A stretch of DNA of 42,781 nt from Candidatus Hermodarchaeota archaeon (GCA_048885535.1 JBHLLO010000022.1:1-42781); one strand, 5' to 3'; shown: positions 9,135-19,034, counted from the stretch's first letter. Numbers and translations are program-made. Notes: generated by a model not told the origin, from the sequence alone.

Positions 9135-9572
9135 ATGAGCCTAATAGTTTATAAGGTAATTTTTAATGGTTTTGAAGAAGAGGAAGAAGGGTTAGCCTTG
9201 GCTTTTAAGGAACTCGATAGTACTGAATCTTTGAGCATCAATCAAAAATATATTTCTGCACTAAAGAGTCTAAGTCAATCAAGTCAACATATTATTAGTT
9301 TTCAAAATATCAGGGAGGTAATTAAGATTGGAGAGAATGGTATTGATATAATAATTAATTATTATATTGTTTTACTTTTTGTACATAAAATAGATAATAA
9401 TAAGATGGGATTTCTTATAGGAAATGTGAAAAAAAAAGGAGACATTATATTAGGAATCTGGCCGTTCACAAAAGAATTAAGAGATTTAATAATAGAGGGG
9501 ATTGAAAGAATTCTAAATAATCTAATTTCTAAACCAAAAGATTTTAGCAAAATTTGTCTAATCTATTCTTAA
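9135..9572 (+). CDS. Hypothetical protein
   Basis: 145-aa ORF downstream of aIF1 with normal composition; no motif recognised. Confidence 0.6.
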   Translation: MSLIVYKVIFNGFEEEEEGLALAFKELDSTESLSINQKYISALKSLSQSSQHIISFQNIREVIKIGENGIDIIINYYIVLLFVHKIDNNKMGFLIGNVKKKGDIILGIWPFTKELRDLIIEGIERILNNLISKPKDFSKICLIYS

Positions 9573-9590
9573 AAACTGCCATTTAAGTCT

Positions 9591-10514
9591 TCACTTATGA
9601 ACTTCCAAGAATTCATATAATTCTTTCTGATTAGGCATACCTGTTCTTGCTCCTAACTTCTGGATTTTAAGAGCAGCTGCAGCATTTGCATATTTACAAG
9701 CCCTTTCCAAATTCCAATTCTTAATCCAATAAGCAAATGAGAATGCACCATTAAATGTATCACCAGCCCCAGTAGTGTCAACAATATTATTAACTTTAAA
9801 TGCCGAAATCCGTTTTTGAAATTTTTCTGTGGTGATAAGTACCCCCTCTTTTCCTAAAGTAATAATTACAATAGGGATTCCTTTTTCAACCAAAATTTTG
9901 GCAGATTCTTCAACTTTTGGATTAGCTGTAATTAATTTCGCTCCTTCACGATTTGGTATCAATATATCAGCACTTAAAATCACTTTTTTCAACTTTTTCC
10001 ATCCTCTTTTAGCAATCTGTGATTCTAAATCGATGGTTATCTTAACATCATTCTTTTTTGCAATATTAACCGCATATTCTGTGACTTCAGGATGTATCAT
10101 CGTTGTATGAAGTATTTTTGAGTTAATAATGTATTCTTCATTTAAATCTATAGATTCAATTTTAGTAGTTAACATATGGGGTGATTGGATAATTGTTTTT
10201 TCACCCTTAGCAATAAAAATAAAATTTATTGGAGTTTTCTTATCCGCCTTTCTTATTGTAAAGCTAGTGTCTATACTTTCTCTTTCTAAATCTTGGATCA
10301 AGTAATCTCCATAAGAATCATCACCGACAGCTCCAATAAAACCACATTTTCCACCTAATCTAGCAGCAGCAACTAAAAAATTTGCAGTTACTCCTCCCGA
10401 AAAGTAATTCTCACTTATCGCATCAACCTTTTCATCAGGTTTGGGAAAATTCGGTATCTCGGTGACCCAATCTATAACTACCTCACCTAAACCAATAATG
10501 TCGACTCTCTTCAT
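9591..10514 (-). CDS. PfkB/ribokinase-family carbohydrate kinase
   Basis: GGVTAN..VAAARLG, G.VGDD.YG, PNREG, ITLGKEG and VDTTGAGDTFNG signatures. Confidence 0.93.
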   Translation of the reverse strand: MKRVDIIGLGEVVIDWVTEIPNFPKPDEKVDAISENYFSGGVTANFLVAAARLGGKCGFIGAVGDDSYGDYLIQDLERESIDTSFTIRKADKKTPINFIFIAKGEKTIIQSPHMLTTKIESIDLNEEYIINSKILHTTMIHPEVTEYAVNIAKKNDVKITIDLESQIAKRGWKKLKKVILSADILIPNREGAKLITANPKVEESAKILVEKGIPIVIITLGKEGVLITTEKFQKRISAFKVNNIVDTTGAGDTFNGAFSFAYWIKNWNLERACKYANAAAALKIQKLGARTGMPNQKELYEFLEVHK

Positions 10515-10592
10515 ATTGAATAAACCGAATGAATAATTATATTAATTATATGCATTATGATACAAAAATGAGATACAATAGAGGGTAGAAAA

Positions 10593-12308
10593 TTATATTT
10601 CATTAATAATGTGATCTAAATCATAATCAACATCAATTTCTTGGAAATCGAATACATTTAACTCATAAGATTTAGAATAATCATTAAATTTAGCACTTCC
10701 CTTAATATAAATATCTTTACCTACTAACTCATTTGAGAGTTTTTCTAGAATTTTTTCAAAATCGGGTGTATCCATCACTTTCATAATAATTTCAGTCTCT
10801 TTCCCAATTAATCTCTCTGCAATGTTACCTATGAATGATGTCCGAATTACTCCACTCTCATCATCAATAATAAGATTGATGATCATTCTGGGCTTTACAT
10901 CACCTTGTTTCTCACAATTACAATTCTCCATCTTCTTTAAACAATTAGAACAAGCATTATATATATTAATTCCATTTAGTTCTTTAGCAATCATACCCTT
11001 AATAATAAATTTTCCTGATTTGTTTATATCTCTGATTCTAGTTATATTTTCTGAAGGAAAAACACTTTTAGGCTCTGAAATTTCTTGAAAAGTCTCAAGT
11101 TCAGGTATTATAATATCTATCTCTTTTAAATTTGAAATATCTCTGATAGTTACTTCTTTTCTCCCAGAATAACTATTATATCTTAATGAAGCATTTTTAA
11201 TCATTACTCCCATCTTAACAGATAAGCGATCTGCCAAACTTCTAGCATTTTCACGCCAAACTGTAACCCTAACGTGATCCTCCAAACCTGTATTATCTCT
11301 TACTATAAAATTCAATAATTCTATATCTTCTCCTGATTTTGTTCTAATAGTTTTTAAGGGCTCAATAGAAGTAATAATTCCCTTAAATGATACAATATTT
11401 TCTTTACTTTGGACATCTTTTATATATTTACATAGTTCTATTTCTATGTTCAGATTTTTTTCTTTTTTTGAGATTTTTGTTCTTCTAGAAGCATGCAGAT
11501 TAATTGTATTTGGATTAAAACTATTCTCCCTTGGTCTAAGACCAGTTATTGAAATATAATCTCCCTCATCGAAATCATCAATTTTTGTAATATCCTCATC
11601 CCAAAAAGTGATTCGTGATGTACCTGTATTGTCCATAATAATAATGCTTTCAACACTTCCAGTTTCTCCAGAACTTCGGTCAAAAGTTTTGATCGGAAAT
11701 TTATTTAAGATTTTTCCTTCAACTGATACAGATTTTAACTTATTATTTATTTTATTAATTTTTATGAACTCTTCTTTTATTTTTGGATACTTTTTATAAT
11801 CAACATCGTCTGGGGATAAAATTACTTTTCCCATTCTTCCAATATGTATTTCTATTCCATATTTTCCTTCTTTTGCATAACCATTTAGTATTTTTACAAG
11901 TTCATTTTCTTTAAAATTCTGGTCATTGAAAATATTAACATGCTCATTCCACACAACAATTCGAATATCTCCCGTATTATCGTTTAACAAAAAGGATCCA
12001 ACATATCCTTTCTCTTCATTCTCTCGCACAAAATCATAGATTTTATAGATATCTTTAATTCTTCCAATTAGAGTTAGATTTTTCATATTTAAACTAATAT
12101 CCGAGATATTTATCTCAATATCTTTGAGTAAATCTACATTTTCACTTCTAACGTCGACACCATACTCTTTGGCAATTAAAAATAATGCCCCCTCATCGGT
12201 TATTAATCCTTTTAATTCACCTTTTTTTTCTTCGACTAAATTATGAATTTCGCTTCTAGTTAATCCAGTATCTTGGATTATTTTTGTAATATAAGCATCT
12301 GTTTTCAT
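10593..12308 (-). CDS. rpa: Replication protein A, large subunit (multiple OB folds plus Zn finger)
   Basis: N-terminal helical GLITDEGALFLIAKEYGV; four OB repeats with D.TG/D.SG-type motifs; CSNC...C.C zinc motif; GGTGA SD just upstream. Confidence 0.88.
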   Translation of the reverse strand: MKTDAYITKIIQDTGLTRSEIHNLVEEKKGELKGLITDEGALFLIAKEYGVDVRSENVDLLKDIEINISDISLNMKNLTLIGRIKDIYKIYDFVRENEEKGYVGSFLLNDNTGDIRIVVWNEHVNIFNDQNFKENELVKILNGYAKEGKYGIEIHIGRMGKVILSPDDVDYKKYPKIKEEFIKINKINNKLKSVSVEGKILNKFPIKTFDRSSGETGSVESIIIMDNTGTSRITFWDEDITKIDDFDEGDYISITGLRPRENSFNPNTINLHASRRTKISKKEKNLNIEIELCKYIKDVQSKENIVSFKGIITSIEPLKTIRTKSGEDIELLNFIVRDNTGLEDHVRVTVWRENARSLADRLSVKMGVMIKNASLRYNSYSGRKEVTIRDISNLKEIDIIIPELETFQEISEPKSVFPSENITRIRDINKSGKFIIKGMIAKELNGINIYNACSNCLKKMENCNCEKQGDVKPRMIINLIIDDESGVIRTSFIGNIAERLIGKETEIIMKVMDTPDFEKILEKLSNELVGKDIYIKGSAKFNDYSKSYELNVFDFQEIDVDYDLDHIINEI

Positions 12309-12477
12309 TTATTCACCAAATTTTATCTAATTAACTCATTAAAAGATTAGATTATATACTTTAAAAATAAAATTATTTAGTAATTAATTAATCAATATTT
12401 TTAAAAAAAAAGAGTAATAGATATTGGTAATTTCTTAATTTTATACAAAATTATATATTGAAATTTCATTTCATGTA

Positions 12478-13239
12478 ATGAACTTTTTTAAAGTATATCC
12501 TGTAATAGATATCTTAAATTCAATAGCCGTACATGCTATAAAGGGAGAGAGGGATAAATATCGTCCATTGAAATCCTCGATTATCAACACCAGCGAACCG
12601 ATAGAAATCATATTATGGTTAAAAAAAAAGGCGAATCTTAAACAGTTTTATATTGCTGATTTAGATGCTATAATTCATAAAAAACCTAGCATTGAAATCA
12701 TTAAAAAACTTTTAGATTTTGAAGATATTGAAATAATAATTGATCCTGGCATTAGAACTACCGAACATTTGAAGTTTTTCTCAGATCTTGATTTAAGCAA
12801 TATTATACTTGGTCTTGAAACATTACAAAATATTAAAATAATTAGAAAAAGCTTTAAATTTTTTAACAAGGAAAAAATCATTGTTAGTATCGATATGTAT
12901 AAAGAAAAGCTTTTTACTAATATAGAGAAATTGAAAAAGTTGACACCGCTAGAAGTAATTAATAAATTAGATAAAATTGGGATAAAACGCATTATTATAT
13001 TAGATTTATTTAGAGTCGGCCAGAAATTAGGGGGAATTCCTCCATTATATCTTAAAATTAAAAACAACTTTTTTGGCGAAATTTTAGTTGGAGGTGGAAT
13101 TAAAAATCTTGAAGATATTATATTATATCAAAAACATAATTTTTCAGGAGTCTTAATAGGAACTGCGATCTATGATGGTACAATGAATCTTAATGATTTA
13201 AAAACTTTTTGTAATTCAATCAATAAAAATTACACCTGA
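12478..13239 (+). CDS. HisA/HisF-related TIM-barrel protein (type found with C1-cofactor biosynthesis genes)
   Basis: PVIDI....AVHAIKGERDKYRP, YIADLDAI, LDL.RVG, VGGGI, GVLIGTAI. Confidence 0.8.
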   Translation: MNFFKVYPVIDILNSIAVHAIKGERDKYRPLKSSIINTSEPIEIILWLKKKANLKQFYIADLDAIIHKKPSIEIIKKLLDFEDIEIIIDPGIRTTEHLKFFSDLDLSNIILGLETLQNIKIIRKSFKFFNKEKIIVSIDMYKEKLFTNIEKLKKLTPLEVINKLDKIGIKRIIILDLFRVGQKLGGIPPLYLKIKNNFFGEILVGGGIKNLEDIILYQKHNFSGVLIGTAIYDGTMNLNDLKTFCNSINKNYT

Positions 13240-13746
13240 ACTCGAAACATTTAGTGATTTCTTACAAATGGGACAAGAATGTTTCATTCTCACCCAATCA
13301 ACCATATGCTCCTTATGTGCCCGTGATTGACATAAAGGACAGCCTGCAACCTCATCAAATATCTCAATATTTTTACCGCATACAGCACAATTAGTTTTGG
13401 AAGCAGTGGATACTTTTATAGTTTCTTTCTTTATGTCAAGTATTACCTTCTCAGTATTTTCAGGATTTGGATTAATCTGTTTTAATTCTGTTCTATTATC
13501 TACACAAAAAATTGTTCCCTCACTATCGTCTTTTTTATTACCAATCCATACAACTTTTCCTTTAAAATAACTAGAGCCATCTCTTTCTAATGATAAATTC
13601 AATCTACGGTCTTCCATAACAAAAGTTTGTATTACTTTTGTATATTTTAAATCTTCTAAATTTGAGGCGATTTGACGAATTACTTCAAATGGATCTTTAA
13701 ACACTTCATTTGTAATTTCGACTTTGGTAATTTCTTTAGGCGACAT
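13216..13746 (-). CDS. RING-finger-like protein (putative E3-ligase-type zinc domain at the C-terminus)
   Basis: C-terminal CAVC-x12-CPLC-x4-H-x2-H-x3-W-x6-CPIC pattern with the RING Trp and CP.C. Confidence 0.75.
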   Translation of the reverse strand: MSPKEITKVEITNEVFKDPFEVIRQIASNLEDLKYTKVIQTFVMEDRRLNLSLERDGSSYFKGKVVWIGNKKDDSEGTIFCVDNRTELKQINPNPENTEKVILDIKKETIKVSTASKTNCAVCGKNIEIFDEVAGCPLCQSRAHKEHMVDWVRMKHSCPICKKSLNVSSSGVIFID

Positions 13747-13827
13747 ATTAAATTCATAATTTTTTTGTTATTTAATAATAATTATTTAATTTAAATTTTT
13801 ATATGATTATGGTTAATTAATTTTTTT

Positions 13828-13841
13828 GAAAAACTTATAAT
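13828..13841 (+). promoter_or_regulatory. BRE/TATA promoter of mfnB (likely leaderless transcript)
   Basis: GAAAAA-CTTATAAT ends ~27 nt upstream of the ATG at 13868, the standard archaeal spacing. Confidence 0.5.
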
Positions 13842-13867
13842 TATTTTTACATTAAATATGATTTGTA

Positions 13868-14596
13868 ATGCCAAAGTCCATAAAACTATTAATAAGTCCT
13901 AAGGATGTTGAAGAAGCTGTTATTGTTATCAAATCCTGTGTATCCTATATTGATTGTAAAAACCCTAAAGAAGGATCATTAGGAGCAAATTTTCCATGGG
14001 TAATCAAAGAAATAAAAAGTCTGATTCCTCCAAATAGTTCTCAACTCTTAAGTGCTACAATAGGTGATTTTCCATATTTACCCGGATCTGCGTCATTGGC
14101 AGCTTTAGGTGCAGCAGTTTCAGGTGCAGATATAATAAAAGTAGGGTTGAAAGGTCCTAAAAACAAAAGAGAGGGAATAAGCTTAATGCAGAAAGTTGTA
14201 AAAGCAGTTAAAAATTACAATCATCACATAAAAATCGTAACAGCTGGTTATGCAGATAAAATAAGAATAGGTTCTTCACCTGAATTTTTGGATATTCCTA
14301 TAATCGCATCAGAATCAGGATCCGAAATTGCAATGCTTGATACATATATAAAAGATAATAATGGATTATTCGATTTTTTAAATGTTGAACAGTTAATTGA
14401 GTTTAAAAATAAAGCAAAAGATCTAAATTTAGAGGTTGCACTTGCAGGAAACCTAAGGAAAGATTCAATAGCCAAGATAAAAGAAATTTCTCCTGATATA
14501 GTTGGAGTTAGAAGCCTAGTTTGTAAAGGATACAATAGAGAAATTGGACAAATACAATACCATCTTATTGAGGATTTAAAAAGAGAATTCTATTAG
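13868..14596 (+). CDS. mfnB: (5-formylfuran-3-yl)methyl phosphate synthase (methanofuran biosynthesis, DUF556)
   Basis: LLISP...EEA, IDCKNPKEGSLGANFPWVI, SATIGD.P..PG, IKVGL, YAD, MLDT..KD, ALAG, PDIVGVR. Confidence 0.92.
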   Translation: MPKSIKLLISPKDVEEAVIVIKSCVSYIDCKNPKEGSLGANFPWVIKEIKSLIPPNSSQLLSATIGDFPYLPGSASLAALGAAVSGADIIKVGLKGPKNKREGISLMQKVVKAVKNYNHHIKIVTAGYADKIRIGSSPEFLDIPIIASESGSEIAMLDTYIKDNNGLFDFLNVEQLIEFKNKAKDLNLEVALAGNLRKDSIAKIKEISPDIVGVRSLVCKGYNREIGQIQYHLIEDLKREFY

Positions 14597-14724
14597 AAAT
14601 TCTAAATCAGCTACTCGTTTTGTCTAATATATTAAAGAAACAGGAAGTTAAATTTGTATAACTTAATATTTAACAAAATCTTTAAAGAGTAAAATTATTT
14701 TGGTTACGCTCCTTAATTAAAAAT

Positions 14725-15549
14725 ATGGTTAAGAAAGAATTAGGCGTAATTGGAATAGGTAAGATTGGAAGCACTTTAGTGTATAAGTTTATATCTACAA
14801 AAGTAATCACAAAAGATAATATTATAATTTATGATATTGATGATATTCGACTTAATGATAAAGTTAAGGAATTAAACATTGAAGGTGCAGAAAATAATGT
14901 TTCGCTTGTCAAAAAAGCAAAATTTATTCTTATTGCTGTAATTCCTCAAGTAATAGATAAAGTACTGGCTGAGATTGCACCAGAAATAACGGAAGACCAT
15001 ATTATAATATCAATAGCAGCAGGAATATCAATCAGTCATATAAAAAAACACATTAATAAGCAAATTGGCATTATAAGGGTTATGACAAATACACCTGCAT
15101 TAGTTGGAGCTGCAGCCACGGTATTCGCATGTAATGAAAAAGTTAATGAACTTGAAAAAAAATTTATACAAAAACTCTTTAATTCTGTAGGCTTGGTTTT
15201 TGAATTAAATGAAGAACATTTAGATGCTGTGACTGGATTATCAGGTAGTGGACCTGCTTATATTTTTATTATAATAGAAGCTCTCGCTGATGGTGGTGTA
15301 AAAATGGGAATTCCAAGAGATATAGCTCAGAAATTAGCTGCTCAAACTGTATTAGGTTCAGCTAAATTATTATTAGAAACTAATAAGCATCCTGGGGAAT
15401 TAAAAGATATGGTAGCAACTCCTGGAGGTACAACTATAACTGCAATACATGAAATAGAATCTGCAAAATTAAGGGCAACTCTAATTAGAGCTGTAGAAGC
15501 TGCTAGTATAAAGTCTAAAGCTCTTAATTCTTTAAAGGATAAAAATTAA
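14725..15549 (+). CDS. proC: Pyrroline-5-carboxylate reductase
   Basis: GIGKIG, ISIAAG, RVMTNTP, TGLSGSGPAY, HPGELKDMVATPGGTT. Confidence 0.96.
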   Translation: MVKKELGVIGIGKIGSTLVYKFISTKVITKDNIIIYDIDDIRLNDKVKELNIEGAENNVSLVKKAKFILIAVIPQVIDKVLAEIAPEITEDHIIISIAAGISISHIKKHINKQIGIIRVMTNTPALVGAAATVFACNEKVNELEKKFIQKLFNSVGLVFELNEEHLDAVTGLSGSGPAYIFIIIEALADGGVKMGIPRDIAQKLAAQTVLGSAKLLLETNKHPGELKDMVATPGGTTITAIHEIESAKLRATLIRAVEAASIKSKALNSLKDKN

Positions 15550-15556
15550 ATGATTG

Positions 15557-16519
15557 TCAATTTCTTTTAACTGAAATAGCTCTACTTTTTCGAATAGTCG
15601 ATTTGAAAATTTTTATCTTTGGTCGAAAACTTTCAAATATATCCAAAACTTTACCTTCATCTTCTCTTTTACATAAAGAGTAAACAGACCTTCCTAATTG
15701 ATTCATGCTAGCTCCTATAATCTTTATTTTATTTAAATCATCAAGTAATTCCTTAATATTATCTAATTTGAGTAGTTCAAGCATTTTTGTATCATATACA
15801 AAGTCTTTTGAAACAGATACAAAATTATTTATATTTGGGTCTTGTTTTAATTTACTTAGAGCTTTAATACCTGCTTGTTTGATTCTTGAACTAAGGATTG
15901 GGTTGGATAAAACTGATTTCGTAGGAATGATTCCAAAAGATCCACAAATTACTATTATATTGGGAGGAACTTTTATTCTTTCATACTTACAAGGATAACC
16001 TGGTTCGCTTAAAATGCATAATCCTCCCGCTAATAATCCACAAACGGTACCTAAACCAGTTTTATTTATTACTTCCGCAATATGGGCAATTCTAGCTCTT
16101 TCATGTACAGGTAAGCCTAAATTGAGGAGAAGATCCAACCCATTGACTATCCCCAAAGCACCTGAACCACTTGCTCCAAATCCACATCCTACTGGTAATT
16201 CGAATGTGTGGAAAATTTTTACATGTATTTCCCTTTTAAACAGCTTTTTCAAGTAATTAAAGATAAAGTATGAAGTTTCGGCTTTCTCATTCAACTCCTC
16301 ATTATTTATATAAATTTGACATGTAGGTTGGCTTTGATCGGTAGAATCTTCAACTATTATCTCTGTTTTTCCAAAACTGTTTAGATTAAAACCAGCGCCT
16401 CTCGATCCTACTTTTTCTAGATCCTCAATTTTTATCCCATTAATCTCATCAACGATTTCAAAAAAACCAGATACTCTGTGAGGAACCTTAATTATTATTT
16501 TGTGCATCTGAGGAATCAT
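15557..16519 (-). CDS. pok: Pantoate kinase (GHMP family, archaeal CoA pathway)
   Basis: VPH..SGFF, GSRGAG, LPVGCGFGASG, AHIAEV..KTGLGTV, SMNQLG. Confidence 0.88.
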   Translation of the reverse strand: MIPQMHKIIIKVPHRVSGFFEIVDEINGIKIEDLEKVGSRGAGFNLNSFGKTEIIVEDSTDQSQPTCQIYINNEELNEKAETSYFIFNYLKKLFKREIHVKIFHTFELPVGCGFGASGSGALGIVNGLDLLLNLGLPVHERARIAHIAEVINKTGLGTVCGLLAGGLCILSEPGYPCKYERIKVPPNIIVICGSFGIIPTKSVLSNPILSSRIKQAGIKALSKLKQDPNINNFVSVSKDFVYDTKMLELLKLDNIKELLDDLNKIKIIGASMNQLGRSVYSLCKREDEGKVLDIFESFRPKIKIFKSTIRKSRAISVKRN

Positions 16520-16574
16520 GAAACTTATTTTATCATATCACCTATTTAATAATAAATAGAAAGAAAAATCAAAT

Positions 16575-17288
16575 TTGATTATTATGAAAAACATTGTTAT
16601 AAAAATAGGAGGTTCACTACTTTTTAATGATGATTTTAAAATTAATTTTGAAAAGATTCATCAATTTTCTAATATTATTAGAAATAAGAATGATTATGAT
16701 ACGATTATAGTAATATGTGGTGGAGGATTGATAGCAAGAGAATACATTAAAATTGCAAGGAATTTTAAAAAAAATGAAGCATTTTGCGACACAATTGGAA
16801 TAGACCTCTCTCATATTAATTCTAAATTGATTATTGCTAGTCTTGGTACTATGGCGTATCCTTTAGTTCCAAAAAGCATTAAGGCGTTATCTAAAGCTAT
16901 TTTATTTAATAAAATTGTAGTAATGGGAGGTTTACAACCAGGACAATCAACAACATCTGTCGCATTTGAGGTAGCTGAATTTATTGATGCCAAATCTTTA
17001 GTAATATTAACAGACGTTAAAGGTATTTACGATAAGGATCCCGATCAATACGATGATGCTAAGTTGATTAGTCAACTTGATTATAATCAACTACAAGAAA
17101 TAATACTTAATCAACCAGGAAATAAACAAGCTTCTGCAGGAGAATATAGAATATTTGATTTAGTATCATTACAAATTCTAAAGAGAAGCAGAATTAAGGT
17201 CTATCTTCTTTCTGGAAAAGATTTAAATGAATTTCAGAAATTTTGGAGTGGTAATACAAAAATATTAGGCACAATTATAAAAAATTAA
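16575..17288 (+). CDS. pyrH: UMP kinase (archaeal type)
   Basis: VIKIGGS, CGGGLIAREYI, MGGLQPGQSTT, TDVKGIYDKDP; the real start is probably the ATG at 16584. Confidence 0.93.
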   Translation: MIIMKNIVIKIGGSLLFNDDFKINFEKIHQFSNIIRNKNDYDTIIVICGGGLIAREYIKIARNFKKNEAFCDTIGIDLSHINSKLIIASLGTMAYPLVPKSIKALSKAILFNKIVVMGGLQPGQSTTSVAFEVAEFIDAKSLVILTDVKGIYDKDPDQYDDAKLISQLDYNQLQEIILNQPGNKQASAGEYRIFDLVSLQILKRSRIKVYLLSGKDLNEFQKFWSGNTKILGTIIKN

Positions 17289-17368
17289 ACTCTAATAACA
17301 TAAATTATTTTAAATTATATAATTTTACTAATATATCATTAATCATATTATAGATTTAGGGTAATTAT

Positions 17369-17605
17369 ATGTCTCACTCTTCATGGAAAGATCAGATTCA
17401 AAAAAAATGGGGTCCTCACATACACTGCCCAATATGTGGTAAGGCTATGTCTACTGATAAACAATTTTGTAGTCAAAGCTGTAGAGACAATTATTTAACA
17501 CGAGAAAAGAAGCAAAAGAAAAAAGGAAGGCTGCAGTGTGTTTTTTTTATTGTCATGATAGGTGTTATGATGGTTCTTATGTTTGTATTGCCTCTTTTTG
17601 GATAA
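17369..17605 (+). CDS. DUF2116-like Zn-ribbon protein with C-terminal membrane anchor
   Basis: PHIHCPICGK...FCSQSC, then a basic stretch and a terminal hydrophobic helix. Confidence 0.8.
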   Translation: MSHSSWKDQIQKKWGPHIHCPICGKAMSTDKQFCSQSCRDNYLTREKKQKKKGRLQCVFFIVMIGVMMVLMFVLPLFG

Positions 17606-17625
17606 TATCTATATAAAAAAACTAT

Positions 17626-17781
17626 GCAGAGATAACCAAGCCAGGTCAAAGTATAACTCTCATTTGTTTGAATGAGATCTATGCGCCGATCGGTGATGGA
17701 CTCAAGATCCATTGTCACAGGACTGCGGGGGTTCGAAAAATTCCTCGTTCTATCGAAGATTCGAAAATCCCCCTCTCTGCA
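17626..17781 (+). tRNA. tRNA-Leu(CAA) with two introns (~17650-17690 in the D loop; 17738-17767 at 59/60)
   Basis: GCAGAGA/TCTCTGC+A; anticodon arm ATGGA-CT-CAA-GA-TCCAT; long variable arm; T-loop BHB TTCG/CGAA with bulges AAA and AAT; D-loop insert folds with GTATA/TATGC and TCTCATT/AATGAGA stems. Confidence 0.9.
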
Positions 17782-17809
17782 TTTTAAAAAAAGCGAAGTC
17801 CTAATCCTC

Positions 17810-18175
17810 TTATATGTCGGTTTTAGCAACTGCTTCAAGTGATTTATTAAGGAAATTAATCAAGATTTTGATCTTGTGTTGCATTTTTTCTTTAGATTTT
17901 ATGAAAATCATAAGTAATACTGGTGCATTAAGAATGTAGGAACTTCTTTCACCAATTATTTTACTTAACAAATCATCTTCAATCCCAAATAACTTATAGG
18001 ATGTAGCAGTAGATTTTATTCCCTCAATAACCGGAGGACTAGCCAATGTCACATTCCCTATACCCATTTCTTTATGATCAGAGATTAAAATGAGAAAACT
18101 CTTAAAAAGCTTGAAGATTTTTAAAAAAATCATTATATCTCCTATTGATTCCTCTTGATCTATTAGCAATTTCAT
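17810..18175 (-). CDS. Hypothetical protein, possible PAC3/PAC4-like proteasome assembly chaperone
   Basis: 121 aa; pattern KIFKLFKSFLILIS...IGNVTLASP...TSYKLFG..DDLLSKIIGER....NAPVLL resembles the PAC3/PAC4 fold, judged by eye. Confidence 0.5.
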   Translation of the reverse strand: MKLLIDQEESIGDIMIFLKIFKLFKSFLILISDHKEMGIGNVTLASPPVIEGIKSTATSYKLFGIEDDLLSKIIGERSSYILNAPVLLMIFIKSKEKMQHKIKILINFLNKSLEAVAKTDI

Positions 18176-18322
18176 AAAAAATATTATATTTATTTGATAT
18201 TATTTTAATTAGAAATAATTACTTATCAATTCTTTAAAATTTAAGTTTAATCAAGAATTAATAATTTTTAATGATAAAGAATATCTTTTTAGATAGATAG
18301 ATTTAAAAATTGGAATTTATTA

Positions 18323-18544
18323 ATGGCTAAAAATAAACAAAATTCAAAACTTGATCAAAATCTATCAATCGGCAAATGTTATAAGTGTAATCATGATATT
18401 CTTGATGCAAATAGTAAATATTGCCAGAATTGTAAAGCAATCCTAAAACCAAATGAATTGAAATGGCGATATAGTTTTATAGTTTGTTTATTTTTGTTAT
18501 GTTTGATACCATTTCTGATAGCTTTAATTTCTATATTGATATAA
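18323..18544 (+). CDS. Zn-ribbon protein with C-terminal membrane anchor
   Basis: CYKC-x10-CQNC followed by a terminal hydrophobic helix. Confidence 0.75.
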   Translation: MAKNKQNSKLDQNLSIGKCYKCNHDILDANSKYCQNCKAILKPNELKWRYSFIVCLFLLCLIPFLIALISILI

Positions 18545-18578
18545 CGAAGCGAAATTAAAAAATCTTGTCAAATTACTT

Positions 18579-19034
18579 TCAATCTGAAGAAATTATTACA
18601 TCTGATATTCTTTGTCTTCTTACATCAAAATCATGATCTAGGTGAATTGTAATATTATGTAAATCATCTCCACGGGGATTTTTGTGGACAAAACTAACAG
18701 GAACTATTGGTAGCTCGGACTTTTCTATAACTTTTTTTGGAATTGGTATAGGAATAACACTTCTACATCTTTCACAGTTGACTAATACTACCTTATTACT
18801 TTTTGTCTTTAATTTCTTGATTTTTTCTAATAAATCATTAGATAAACCTGGTGAGTTTATAGTTAATTTTCCTTTTTGTTTTGGTACCTCTGGTACTGGA
18901 GGGACATCTAATTCAAATTTAGGGTCAGTTTTTGACTTAGATGTACTGTCGCTTTCAGATTTATTCTTATCATTTTTTGGGAGATTTTGATAAGAATTAT
19001 CAGTCTTCTTAAAATTCTGGTTCATCTGACTCAT
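18579..19034 (-). CDS. Hypothetical protein: disordered, Pro-rich N-terminus plus CxxC/His domain
   Basis: Low-complexity N-terminus, VPPVPEVP, then CERC...FVH...H...LD.DF.VRR; co-oriented directly downstream of profilin. Confidence 0.75.
   Translation of the reverse strand: MSQMNQNFKKTDNSYQNLPKNDKNKSESDSTSKSKTDPKFELDVPPVPEVPKQKGKLTINSPGLSNDLLEKIKKLKTKSNKVVLVNCERCRSVIPIPIPKKVIEKSELPIVPVSFVHKNPRGDDLHNITIHLDHDFDVRRQRISDVIISSD

Noticed and set aside
17491-17838. 115-aa minus-strand ORF
   Set aside because: Antisense to tRNA-Leu(CAA) and the DUF2116-like gene; spurious.
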